50,089 nucleotides of DNA from Promethearchaeota archaeon (GTDB lineage Archaea > Asgardarchaeota > Lokiarchaeia > Sigyniarchaeales > SOKP01), in NCBI GenBank assembly GCA_020343655.1, contig CP070805.1:1047503-1097591 (forward strand), written 5' to 3'. Position 1 is the stretch's first letter. Each line of letters begins with the position of its first letter. The translations under genes and the position numbers were made by a program. Positions 1-8,715 of the stretch are shown piece by piece. The notes beneath the pieces were generated by a model. It saw nothing but the letters and a program-made list of their open reading frames with translations, was not told the DNA's origin and did no database searches.

Positions 1-230
1 ATCTTACGAGCTTCTCGTTCTACTTCCCTCAGAATAACAATATCATCCATTTTTATAGGACCCTTAACATTCCGGGTTAAAATTCGATTTCTATCCGGTC
101 CTTCAAGAATGCGTACTTTTATCTGAGTTATTTCTCCCGTGAGTCCAGTTCGGCCAATAATTTGAATCACTTGGGCGGGAATAGATTGATCCTGGACTGT
201 AATCCCTTTTGATTTATCTAATTTAACCAA
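1..230 (-). CDS. rps28e: 30S ribosomal protein S28e (3' end runs off the window; not in the ORF track)
   Basis: Manual translation from TTG at 230: [76 protein letters not shown]. Has the GRTG and RNVKGP signatures; GGTGA SD at 237-241; follows rpl7ae. Confidence 0.97.
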   Translation of the reverse strand, partial: MVKLDKSKGITVQDQSIPAQVIQIIGRTGLTGEITQIKVRILEGPDRNRILTRNVKGPIKMDDIVILREVEREARK

Positions 231-249
231 AAATTTTCACCAATTTATC

Positions 250-627
250 TTATTTTTTTATTTCTTCTAGGTTCTTTATTATATCATCTAAGATATTATC
301 ATTCCCAGTTCCAACATTTTCTATCGCTATAGCACTTGAAGATACGTTGATTCTCACTGTGTTTCCTAGCTCTTTTTTAGTTGATATATATCCATAAGGA
401 ATGCCCTTTTCTTCACAGAGTAAAGGGATATGAAATAAAATCTCAGGTGGAGAAACATCTTCAGCCATAACAACAAATTTTGCCTGAACTCTTTCAATCG
501 ATTTCGTAACTTCATTCATTCCTTTTCTTATTTTAGAATCTCTCGTTTCTGCAATTGTTCCCAAGGCATTTTTAATCTGGGTTTTAAGCTTATCCGGAAC
601 CTTAATTTTTACATATGAAATTTTCAA
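250..627 (-). CDS. rpl7ae: 50S ribosomal protein L7Ae
   Basis: KIRKGMNEVTKSIER, AEDVSPPEI, LCEEKGIPY, KKELG motifs; TTG start with GGAGA SD. Confidence 0.97.
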   Translation of the reverse strand: MKISYVKIKVPDKLKTQIKNALGTIAETRDSKIRKGMNEVTKSIERVQAKFVVMAEDVSPPEILFHIPLLCEEKGIPYGYISTKKELGNTVRINVSSSAIAIENVGTGNDNILDDIIKNLEEIKK

Positions 628-774
628 TCATCTCCTTCAAATATATTTAATTTTAGATATATTTTCATAAATCATCGAGTAATTATGAAAAAAATAATTA
701 TAGAGATTAAATAAAATTTTTCATTTAGAGAAGAAAACCTAAAAATTTTTTTAAAATGGTTCATTTTTTAGAAT

Positions 775-975
775 ATGATTATACCTATCCGCTGTTTTTC
801 ATGTGGGAAGCTCATCGCTCACATATACAAACCTTATCTTGAAATGTTAGAAAAGGGAGAACCTTCGGAGAAAGCCTTTAAAGAGCTAGGAATAGAAAGG
901 TTCTGTTGTAAACGTATGATTGTGAGCCATGTGGATTTAATTGATGAATTACTTAAATTTCCACGCTTACAATAA
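775..975 (+). CDS. rpoN: DNA-directed RNA polymerase subunit N (Rpo10)
   Basis: MIIPIRCFSCGK and RFCCKRM zinc-binding signatures. Confidence 0.97.
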   Translation: MIIPIRCFSCGKLIAHIYKPYLEMLEKGEPSEKAFKELGIERFCCKRMIVSHVDLIDELLKFPRLQ

Positions 976-1024
976 TTAAACAATTTTTTAAAATATCAAA
1001 AGGAATAAGTATAAACTAATAATA

Positions 1025-1207
1025 TTATTGCTTCCCATAGTGGGCAGTCCATCTTGTTCTTCTTGCTTTCTTCTTATATAGAAGCATAGCTTTTCTACAT
1101 TTATTAGTACAAAAATTTAAGACTGTGCCGTTTTTCATGACATACATTATTCCCCTTCCTATAGGGATATCATAACCACAGAAGCTACATTTTTTTACTT
1201 TGACCAT
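1025..1207 (-). CDS. rpl24e: 50S ribosomal protein L24e
   Basis: CSFCG..I..G.G.MYV...G....FC..KC and the terminal WT motif. Confidence 0.96.
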   Translation of the reverse strand: MVKVKKCSFCGYDIPIGRGIMYVMKNGTVLNFCTNKCRKAMLLYKKKARRTRWTAHYGKQ

Positions 1208-1235
1208 ATCTTATCATCTTAGAATTTAGTAAATT

Positions 1236-1634
1236 TTATTCCTTTTTAAACAGTTCAGCTTCCCCGTATTTTACAACCTTTAAATTAATTAAAGTCATAT
1301 CATGAGTTATTTCGTTGCCTCGAACCATTTTCCTCCGTTTTTCGCCTTTTCTTTGGGGCTTGTAACCTATGCCCTTTTTTGATACAAGAATTCTCTTTTT
1401 AACTGGTCCGTGTACACCTTTTTTCATTGGAAATCCGCTAGAATCACTTCCCCCAGTAATTTCAAACTCATAGTTAGCAAAACCTATAAGCCCACCCTTA
1501 ATGATATCACCAATTTTCATTCCATCAAACCGAAATTTCTTTTCATCTATCTCAATTAGTTTAGATAATCCTTTTCCGGGGCCCTTGTCCCCACCACTAA
1601 TGTTTAATTTGTATACTATTTTTTCAGAGGACAC
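1236..1634 (-). CDS. rps6e: 30S ribosomal protein S6e
   Basis: ITGGSDSSGFPM and GEKRRKMVRGN motifs. Confidence 0.96.
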   Translation of the reverse strand: MSSEKIVYKLNISGGDKGPGKGLSKLIEIDEKKFRFDGMKIGDIIKGGLIGFANYEFEITGGSDSSGFPMKKGVHGPVKKRILVSKKGIGYKPQRKGEKRRKMVRGNEITHDMTLINLKVVKYGEAELFKKE

Positions 1635-1807
1635 AATGCATCAATATCGTACTTAAAAAAGCAAGATTAACTTCTAAAATGCATATTTTCATAAAAATTT
1701 TTTGGAAATGATATGTTTAGAATTACTTTCCTACTAAAATATATAATGAAATTTATTTTAATGAATTACCTATTAAAATTATATAAGAAATAAATGGATA
1801 TTCCTGT

Positions 1808-2665
1808 ATGCAAATATTTGAATTAGCTGAGCTAAGTGAATTTCCTTACATGGAAACAAGAGAAGTGGTTCAAGGACAATTTGTAGGTGATATTCTTAAT
1901 GAGAATAGTCTTGAAAAAGTTTTCATACTTATTGATCATGATACTAATAGAATTTGGACATACAACGGTCCAAAATGCCCTCTTAAAACACAAGCATTTG
2001 GTGCAATTTTAGCAAATAAATTTCGGCAACAGTTGCGATTGTTTTATAGAATTTATCCATTAAATAGATATTTAAAAGAAGATAAAGAATTTCAGGAATT
2101 ATTGGAAAAACAAATTGGTGGAGGCAAAGCTAAACCAATTGAAAAAAAAGATTTTCCAGAACCTAAACCTGACAAATATGGTGAAAATATTTCTGTTTCA
2201 ACTCCAAGAATAAATAAAGCATTAGAATACGTAAATGAGCTTCCCAAACCGCAAATTGATAATCTTATCAGAAGATTTTTGATAGTTGGAGCGGATATAT
2301 ATACAGATGAAGAAATTACTGAAACTTTTCTTAAAGACGAAAAAAATATCATTAAGTCAATAAAATTGGGAAGGTTAAACAATGGTTTTACTTTCTTTCA
2401 AGATCATAATTACTCGACTCGATTAATCATAAAAGAGCGAGAAATTCAAGGAATTGAATTATTCATACATGAAGATGATAAATCTCCTTCTTTAAAAATT
2501 GAAATACCTATTATTCAGGAGGAAAAATTTAGTAAAGCTGGTTCTATAAACTCATTAATCAAAGCATTTCAAATTCCAAAGAAATTACAAGAAGAAGAAA
2601 AGGAAGAAGAAGGAAAAGAAGAAGAAGAGAACCAAACTGATATTCAAGATGATTCTACTAATTAA
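1808..2665 (+). CDS. Gelsolin-like domain protein with an additional C-terminal domain and acidic tail (Asgard 1DGelX-like)
   Basis: N-terminal LNENSLEKVFILIDHDTNRIWTYNGPKCPLKTQAFGAILANKF...EDKEFQELL follows the gelsolin-repeat pattern (vfilD..iwvw.G...A...A...E...F), recognised by eye; Glu-rich tail. Confidence 0.6.
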   Translation: MQIFELAELSEFPYMETREVVQGQFVGDILNENSLEKVFILIDHDTNRIWTYNGPKCPLKTQAFGAILANKFRQQLRLFYRIYPLNRYLKEDKEFQELLEKQIGGGKAKPIEKKDFPEPKPDKYGENISVSTPRINKALEYVNELPKPQIDNLIRRFLIVGADIYTDEEITETFLKDEKNIIKSIKLGRLNNGFTFFQDHNYSTRLIIKEREIQGIELFIHEDDKSPSLKIEIPIIQEEKFSKAGSINSLIKAFQIPKKLQEEEKEEEGKEEEENQTDIQDDSTN

Positions 2666-3995
2666 TCCTAGAACTTCTAAACCTTCAGAAGTCCGTTCAG
2701 AGTTTTTTAGAGAACCTAATTTAGGATTATTATATTTAGCAGCAATCTTAGAATTAAATGCCATTCCAGTTGAAATTTTAGATCTTGAGCAATTTGTAGA
2801 TTTAAAAAAATCCGAGTTAGAAAATATAATAAAAGACAGAATAATTGATTATAGGATTTTTGGGATAACATCACTTACTAATACGTTCCATCTAGCTCTT
2901 AAAATCGCGAGAATTATAAAAACTCAAGTAAAGGACAGTCTTATTATTTTAGGTGGACCTCATGTTTCTTTTATGTATAAAGAGATCCTAGAACATGACA
3001 AAAAAACAGAAAATCTAATCGATTTCATCTGTATTGGAGAAGCTGAATATAGCTTTTTGAAGTTAGTTAAGATTTTAACATCTCAGATATCTACAGGAAA
3101 AAAAAGAGAAGAATTTGAGCCTCTTCTCAATGATATTAAAAGTCTTGCTTACTTTAAATCAGACGGAAAAATTCATGTTAACGATACTTATGAAGAAATT
3201 GATTTAGAAAATTTACCTTTGCCAGCTCGCCATAAACTATCCCAAGAAAATTACTATTACTCCGTAGCAAATGTTATAGTTAATAGAGGTTGCCCTAATC
3301 AATGCTCATTTTGTTCAAGACAAAACTTATTCAAAAATACTAGAATTAGGAGTATTGAATCAATATTGAAAGAAATTAGGGATATTCAATCTCTACAAAC
3401 TTATAATCACATTAACTTTTATGATAATATCAATATTAATAGAAAATTTTTCAGGGATTTTTGTGAAATGTTTATTGAAAATAATATTGATATGCCATGG
3501 GGTTGTGAACTTCGTGTAGATACTATAAGTTATGAAGAAGCAAGCTTATTGAAAAGTGCAGGTTGTCAATTAATCGCAACTGGAATTGAATCTGCGAATG
3601 AGCTAGTTCTTAGAACAAATTTCAAATATCAAGATCCAGAGCAAGTTCGGACTGGAATTATTAACCTAAAAAAAAATGAAATTGCAATTCAGGCATACTT
3701 TGTATTAGGTTTGCCAGGTGAAACTGAACATAGTTTTTCTGAATCAATTGAATATATAAAATCTTTACCATTAGATGATAATGATAATTTAAACTACTTT
3801 GTAGCAACACCATATCCTGGATCTCGCTTATGGGAAGAAAGAGAATATTTTGGAATCAAAGTATTTGAAAATGATTTTACTAAATACGATTGTAATCATA
3901 TCATATTCGAAACAAAAGAATTAAGTAAAGAGATATTAGAACAGTTATATATTAAAGCAAAACAAATTGAAAAAGAATACCATAGAAGCTTTTAA
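2649..3995 (+). CDS. B12-binding radical SAM protein (class B methyltransferase-like)
   Basis: LGLLYLAA, ILGGPH, GEAE cobalamin-binding domain; RGCPNQCSFC CxxxCxxC; GIES, GLPGET, PYPGS. Confidence 0.92.
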   Translation: MILLINPRTSKPSEVRSEFFREPNLGLLYLAAILELNAIPVEILDLEQFVDLKKSELENIIKDRIIDYRIFGITSLTNTFHLALKIARIIKTQVKDSLIILGGPHVSFMYKEILEHDKKTENLIDFICIGEAEYSFLKLVKILTSQISTGKKREEFEPLLNDIKSLAYFKSDGKIHVNDTYEEIDLENLPLPARHKLSQENYYYSVANVIVNRGCPNQCSFCSRQNLFKNTRIRSIESILKEIRDIQSLQTYNHINFYDNININRKFFRDFCEMFIENNIDMPWGCELRVDTISYEEASLLKSAGCQLIATGIESANELVLRTNFKYQDPEQVRTGIINLKKNEIAIQAYFVLGLPGETEHSFSESIEYIKSLPLDDNDNLNYFVATPYPGSRLWEEREYFGIKVFENDFTKYDCNHIIFETKELSKEILEQLYIKAKQIEKEYHRSF

Positions 3996-4027
3996 TTGTT
4001 TTTAATAATCAAAAATGGTGAAACCTA

Positions 4028-4354
4028 ATTCCTAGTGATTTTACAGAAAAAATTATCCATATTATTAAGAATATTCCAAAAGGAAACGTTTTAACTTATG
4101 GATTTATTGCTAAATTGGCAGGAAATCCAAAAGCTGCTAGACAGGTTTCATGGATTTTACATTCTTCGACTAAAAAGTACAATCTTCCATGGCATCGCGT
4201 TATCAGTTCAAAAGGGATAATTTCATTAAAATCACTCGAAGATCGTGAATATCAAAAAAATCTTCTAGAACAAGAAGGAATAATGGTTACTGATGGATTT
4301 AAAGTTAATCTTAAAAAATACCTTTGGAAAATCGATTCTATAGAAAAGATTTGA
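4028..4354 (+). CDS. Alkyltransferase-like (ATL/YbaZ-type MGMT family) DNA damage-binding protein
   Basis: The frame extends upstream of the listed ORF: IPSDFTEKIIHIIKNIPKGNVLTYGFIAKLAGNPKAARQV...LPWHRV. Trp replaces the catalytic Cys. The start is probably ATT at 4028 after a GGTGA SD. Confidence 0.88.
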   Translation: MPSDFTEKIIHIIKNIPKGNVLTYGFIAKLAGNPKAARQVSWILHSSTKKYNLPWHRVISSKGIISLKSLEDREYQKNLLEQEGIMVTDGFKVNLKKYLWKIDSIEKI

Positions 4355-4370
4355 AAAAAGATTTTTTATT

Positions 4371-4673
4371 CTAAATATTCCTCGACCTATGTGGTAAACA
4401 GCTTGGAAATGTCCTAAAAAATAAGGAAAATGCAAAATCTTCTTTACCCGCATGAATCAGTTTTCGTACACTTTCTAAATTTTTTTTCTGATTAACTAAC
4501 ACATTATTTCGGGTATCTAATTGAGTAAATCTTTCAATTTCTTCGTTAAAATTTTCAATTAAACTGTTTCCATCATCTTTTTTAAAATTTCTAAAATCTT
4601 TATAACAAGCTTCTAAAACATTGCCATAACCAGGTTTTTTAGGAAATTTTCCCTCGGCAATGGTGTATACCAT
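4371..4673 (-). CDS. Hypothetical protein
   Basis: 100-aa ORF with ATG and an upstream GGGTGA SD; no recognisable motif. Confidence 0.55.
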   Translation of the reverse strand: MVYTIAEGKFPKKPGYGNVLEACYKDFRNFKKDDGNSLIENFNEEIERFTQLDTRNNVLVNQKKNLESVRKLIHAGKEDFAFSLFFRTFPSCLPHRSRNI

Positions 4674-4835
4674 TTATCTATCACCCTTTAGAACTTAAGT
4701 TACTATTTTTTTATTTTGATATAAATGTCAATTTTGATATAAATAATTTGCTAGGTATAAATGTTTTGTAAATATCTTATTTAATAATAAATCCCTAAAA
4801 AATCAAGAATTTCAGTGTATTATAGCTTAAAGTAA

Positions 4836-7800
4836 ATGACTGAAAACAGTAAATTATCTGAATTATTAAAGAGAGCTCAAACTGAAGAAAATTTATATAA
4901 TTGGGCTGAAGCAGCAAGATTATACGAACAAGCGGGTAAATCATATTTAAACAAGAAAAAAGTGAAAGAAGCTGCTATTGCTTATAAATGCTTAGGTCGC
5001 GTTTATTTTTTAGCATTTGAAACAGTCGATACTAAGGCTGAATATGTAGAAAGTTTAAAACTAGCAATCGAAGCTTATAATAAAGCTAAAAATCTCTTTA
5101 AGCAAGATAAAAATAAAGCAGAAGAGTTAGAATGTGAAGCAGAAGCTTTATTTGCTAATGGATTTATTTCAAGCTCTACAAGTGATGCAAAGAAATCATA
5201 TAGTAATTCAAGCGACCTTTTTGTTGAAGCTAGTAATATTTTCTCAAAAAGCGATGATCAAGAGAGTAAGGCTAGGTCACTAACAAGAGCAGCATTTTCT
5301 TTTATATTTCTTCAACCTTTTTCAGAAAATAAACTAGAGGCTGATCAACTTTTTCAAAAAGGGATAAGTTTAGCATCTGAAGCTTTGAAAATATCATCAA
5401 ATGTTGATAATCTTCGTATTTTTTCCGAAATTATTTTTTCTGAACTAATAATAAACTTGACTAAAGTTTTTTTAAAAGATTTTAAGAAGGAACCATCATT
5501 TAAAGAATATCTTAAAAATAATATGTTGAAATTTGATGAGTATATAAAACTTTTTTATAATTCTGATGATAATAGAGCCCTAGCAATGATATATTCTATG
5601 GCAGGTTTTCTTTATTGTCTTTATGCAACACATTATATAAAAGATGAAAAAGAATTTTATGAGTATACAGATAAGGGTTTAAAATTACTGGAAGAAACAT
5701 TAGCTTTTGCTCGAAAGGCTAATAATAAATTCCTAATTATTTTTAATTTATATTATATAGATTGGTTCGCTCTTTTTGCTCGTAGATTCAAATATATCCA
5801 AAATAGAATCTTTAAAGATGTTAAAGAAATAGAAGATTTAAGAGAGATTTATTCTCATTCATATAATCCTTACCGATTTTATGCAGATTTTTTTCCTGTT
5901 TTCTATTATGCTAATATGGCTCTAAGAAGTTTTTTCACTATTCGCCAAAGAAAAACTTATGCTAAAAAAGGAATTGAATTTGCTAAATATACTCTGAAAG
6001 GGTCATCACCTTTGTTTTATAGATATCTGCCATATCAAATGTTAACATATTCTTATTCACAATTAACATCTCTTGCGACATCGAAGGAAGAAAGAGATGA
6101 ATACGTTGAAAAAATGTTTAAATATGCTCAAAAAGCCCATGATTTGGGAGAAAAATATGAGGGAGGTATGATACGAGCAGCTGGTTTTTCATCCCTCTAT
6201 AGAGCTTATAAAACTCGTGCAGAACTGTCCGAAGACAAAGAACGTAAAATTGAAATGTTATCTGCTGCAGCAGATGCCTCTAAAAAATATTTAGAGCATA
6301 CACCTGAACAATGGAGGGGAATTTTGTTTGGTCAAATACGTTTAGCACTCTTATACGAAGAAATTGGTATTATAACCGGAGAAAATGATACATTATTGCA
6401 AGCAGAGGAGGTTTACAAGAATATAATTAAAGATGCTCTGGATAGTGGATATTATTTTTATGCTGCGGCGGCATATGAATATCTTGCACGTATAGAAGAT
6501 CGATTGGGTAATTATATGATCTCAGCAGAGCAATATGGACAAGTCCAAGAATGCTATTCAAAGTCTGTTATAGGAGTAGAATACAAATTATTAAAAGAAA
6601 GAATTAAAGAAAAAATATCGTACGCAAATGCTTGGAACCTAATTGAGTTAGCTAAATTACATAATAAACAAGAAAACCATTTGCAAGCTAAGGAAAATTA
6701 TACAAAAGCGTGTCAAATACTAAAAGAATTGCCTAGTAATAATTATGAAGCTTCATATTATTTCGCGTGGACATTTTTGGAAGAAGCGGAACATCTTAGT
6801 AAGCAAGAAAGGCATGATGATGCAACAGAGCAATTTGAATTTAGTAGCAGGCATTTTAATGAGGCTTCAAATGTTTTACAAGAAGTTTTAAAACAATCTA
6901 AGGATAAATTAGAAAATGAAAGAATTAATAACCTTAAAAATGTAGCTAAAGTAAGAATTAATTACTGTAATGCTAGAATGAATGTTGAGAATGCAAGAAT
7001 TCTAGGAAAGAAGGGAGAACACTTTCTAGCCGCTAAGGAATTTTCTTCTGCCGCATCTCAATTTAAAGCTATTTGTAATAATTTTAAACTCGAACGAGAG
7101 CGAAGAGAATTAGAAGCGATTTATCATCTTTGTAAAGCATGGGAAAGCATGGAATTTGCTGAAAATTATAAAGATTCTAATAAATTTGCAGAAGCAGCTC
7201 ATTTATTCGAAAAAGCAAGTAGTTTTTTTAGTAATAATAAGTTAAAGATATTATCTTCAAGTAATTCTGCATTTTGCGAAGCCCTAGAGCTTGGTTGTAG
7301 ATTTGATGAATCAACAGAAACTTCGATAAAATCCGAGTTATATCCGAAAATTAAAGTAATACTTAGAAAAGCCGCATCTTCTTATAAGAAAGGAGGCTTT
7401 ATTAATGAAGCCGATTGGGCTTTAGCAACCTCAACTTATTTTGATGCAGCTTGGCATCTAATACAGGCAGATGAAGAAATGAATCTGAAAAAAAAAAAAG
7501 ATCTTCTTAAAATCGGCTCAGAAATTCTTCATTCTGCAGCAAACCTTTTTGGAAAGGCTGGTTATAAAAATAAAGAAAATGAAATATTAGAACAATTAGA
7601 ATTGGTAGCAAAAGAAGAAAGAATAATTGTATCTGCTTTAAACACTATTAGTGAGCCTTCCATAACAAAAAGCACTGTAGGTATTATTGCTCCCGCATGT
7701 CCCCTTGAATCTAGCCAATCACCAAGAATTAGTGAAGTACGTGAATTTAGTGATGAAATATTGGAAGCAGAAATTATTGAAGGACCCAGAGAGAAATACA

Positions 7801-8663
7801 AATTAATCTATAAAGATTTACTAAAAGATCATCCTGAAAGGCAACAAAAAGAATTCAGAGTTGGTATTGCTCAAATAGGAATATCAACTGAAGGTGATTT
7901 ATTAGGTGAATTTTACACAGAAGATAATGGTCTATTAAATCTACGAAAAGATAAAGTTGACATTATTAGTAGAAAAGTTATAGATATGATAAAAAATGCC
8001 CATAATAATAGAGTAAATATTCTTATCTTTCCAGAAATGGCGATTGATTTAAATTATAGCACACTACTCAAAGATATTTCAAATCTCGCAAAGGAATATA
8101 ACATCTATATTATTCCAGGTTCCTATCACGACCCAGCAACGAGAAGAAATCTTAGTTTGGTTATAAGTCCTGAAGGAATATTATGGGAACAGGAGAAGAA
8201 TATTCCAGCGATGATTAGTTTCAAAGGCACAAGATTCAAAGAAGGTATAGAATCTGGGAGAATGCCAAGAAAAGTTAAAATTTGCAACACAGAATATGGA
8301 AGGATTGCGATTGCTATATGCCGAGATTTTCTCGATATGGATTTAAGAGTAGAATTAAAGAATTTTGAACCACCAGTGGACATTATTTTTAATCCTGCAT
8401 TCACTCCTGTTACTGCAGATTTCAAAGCAGCTCATTTCGACGCTCGTAGATCGATTTATGCTTACTGCTTCTTTGCCAATATTGGAGAATATGGCAATTC
8501 ACTAATCTATACTCCGGAAAAAGAAAGAACTGAAAGAGCCATACCACCTAAGGAAGAAGGCTTAATCTATAAAGATATTGATCTCTTTAAATTGCGTTCA
8601 GAACGTAAAAAGTGGCAGAAAATCAATGAAAAAGAAAAACAGTTTATCCAAAGCACGAGATAA
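4836..8663 (+). CDS. Large TPR/alpha-solenoid protein with C-terminal carbon-nitrogen hydrolase (nitrilase) domain
   Basis: ~950 aa of A..Y..A helical repeats, then RVGIAQI, ILIFPEM (Glu), IIPGSYH, QEKNIP (Lys), IAICRDF (Cys), FANIG. Confidence 0.85.
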   Translation: MTENSKLSELLKRAQTEENLYNWAEAARLYEQAGKSYLNKKKVKEAAIAYKCLGRVYFLAFETVDTKAEYVESLKLAIEAYNKAKNLFKQDKNKAEELECEAEALFANGFISSSTSDAKKSYSNSSDLFVEASNIFSKSDDQESKARSLTRAAFSFIFLQPFSENKLEADQLFQKGISLASEALKISSNVDNLRIFSEIIFSELIINLTKVFLKDFKKEPSFKEYLKNNMLKFDEYIKLFYNSDDNRALAMIYSMAGFLYCLYATHYIKDEKEFYEYTDKGLKLLEETLAFARKANNKFLIIFNLYYIDWFALFARRFKYIQNRIFKDVKEIEDLREIYSHSYNPYRFYADFFPVFYYANMALRSFFTIRQRKTYAKKGIEFAKYTLKGSSPLFYRYLPYQMLTYSYSQLTSLATSKEERDEYVEKMFKYAQKAHDLGEKYEGGMIRAAGFSSLYRAYKTRAELSEDKERKIEMLSAAADASKKYLEHTPEQWRGILFGQIRLALLYEEIGIITGENDTLLQAEEVYKNIIKDALDSGYYFYAAAAYEYLARIEDRLGNYMISAEQYGQVQECYSKSVIGVEYKLLKERIKEKISYANAWNLIELAKLHNKQENHLQAKENYTKACQILKELPSNNYEASYYFAWTFLEEAEHLSKQERHDDATEQFEFSSRHFNEASNVLQEVLKQSKDKLENERINNLKNVAKVRINYCNARMNVENARILGKKGEHFLAAKEFSSAASQFKAICNNFKLERERRELEAIYHLCKAWESMEFAENYKDSNKFAEAAHLFEKASSFFSNNKLKILSSSNSAFCEALELGCRFDESTETSIKSELYPKIKVILRKAASSYKKGGFINEADWALATSTYFDAAWHLIQADEEMNLKKKKDLLKIGSEILHSAANLFGKAGYKNKENEILEQLELVAKEERIIVSALNTISEPSITKSTVGIIAPACPLESSQSPRISEVREFSDEILEAEIIEGPREKYKLIYKDLLKDHPERQQKEFRVGIAQIGISTEGDLLGEFYTEDNGLLNLRKDKVDIISRKVIDMIKNAHNNRVNILIFPEMAIDLNYSTLLKDISNLAKEYNIYIIPGSYHDPATRRNLSLVISPEGILWEQEKNIPAMISFKGTRFKEGIESGRMPRKVKICNTEYGRIAIAICRDFLDMDLRVELKNFEPPVDIIFNPAFTPVTADFKAAHFDARRSIYAYCFFANIGEYGNSLIYTPEKERTERAIPPKEEGLIYKDIDLFKLRSERKKWQKINEKEKQFIQSTR

Positions 8664-8715
8664 TTTTATTAAATAGTATTAATAAAAAAGACCGTAATAT
8701 TGCTAAATTCTAAAT

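Noticed and set aside
4019-4021. Selenocysteine/readthrough TGA upstream of the ATL gene
   Set aside because: The TGA is part of the SD-like GGTGA, lies outside the conserved domain, and no SECIS-like hairpin was seen.
4265-4453. Alternative frame suggesting a second intron or frameshift in the 4371-4673 gene
   Set aside because: No BHB-like fold or recognisable domain continuation could be identified by eye.
4836-8663. RT-nitrilase (DRT-type) defence system
   Set aside because: No reverse transcriptase motifs in this gene or nearby, and no defence-island context.
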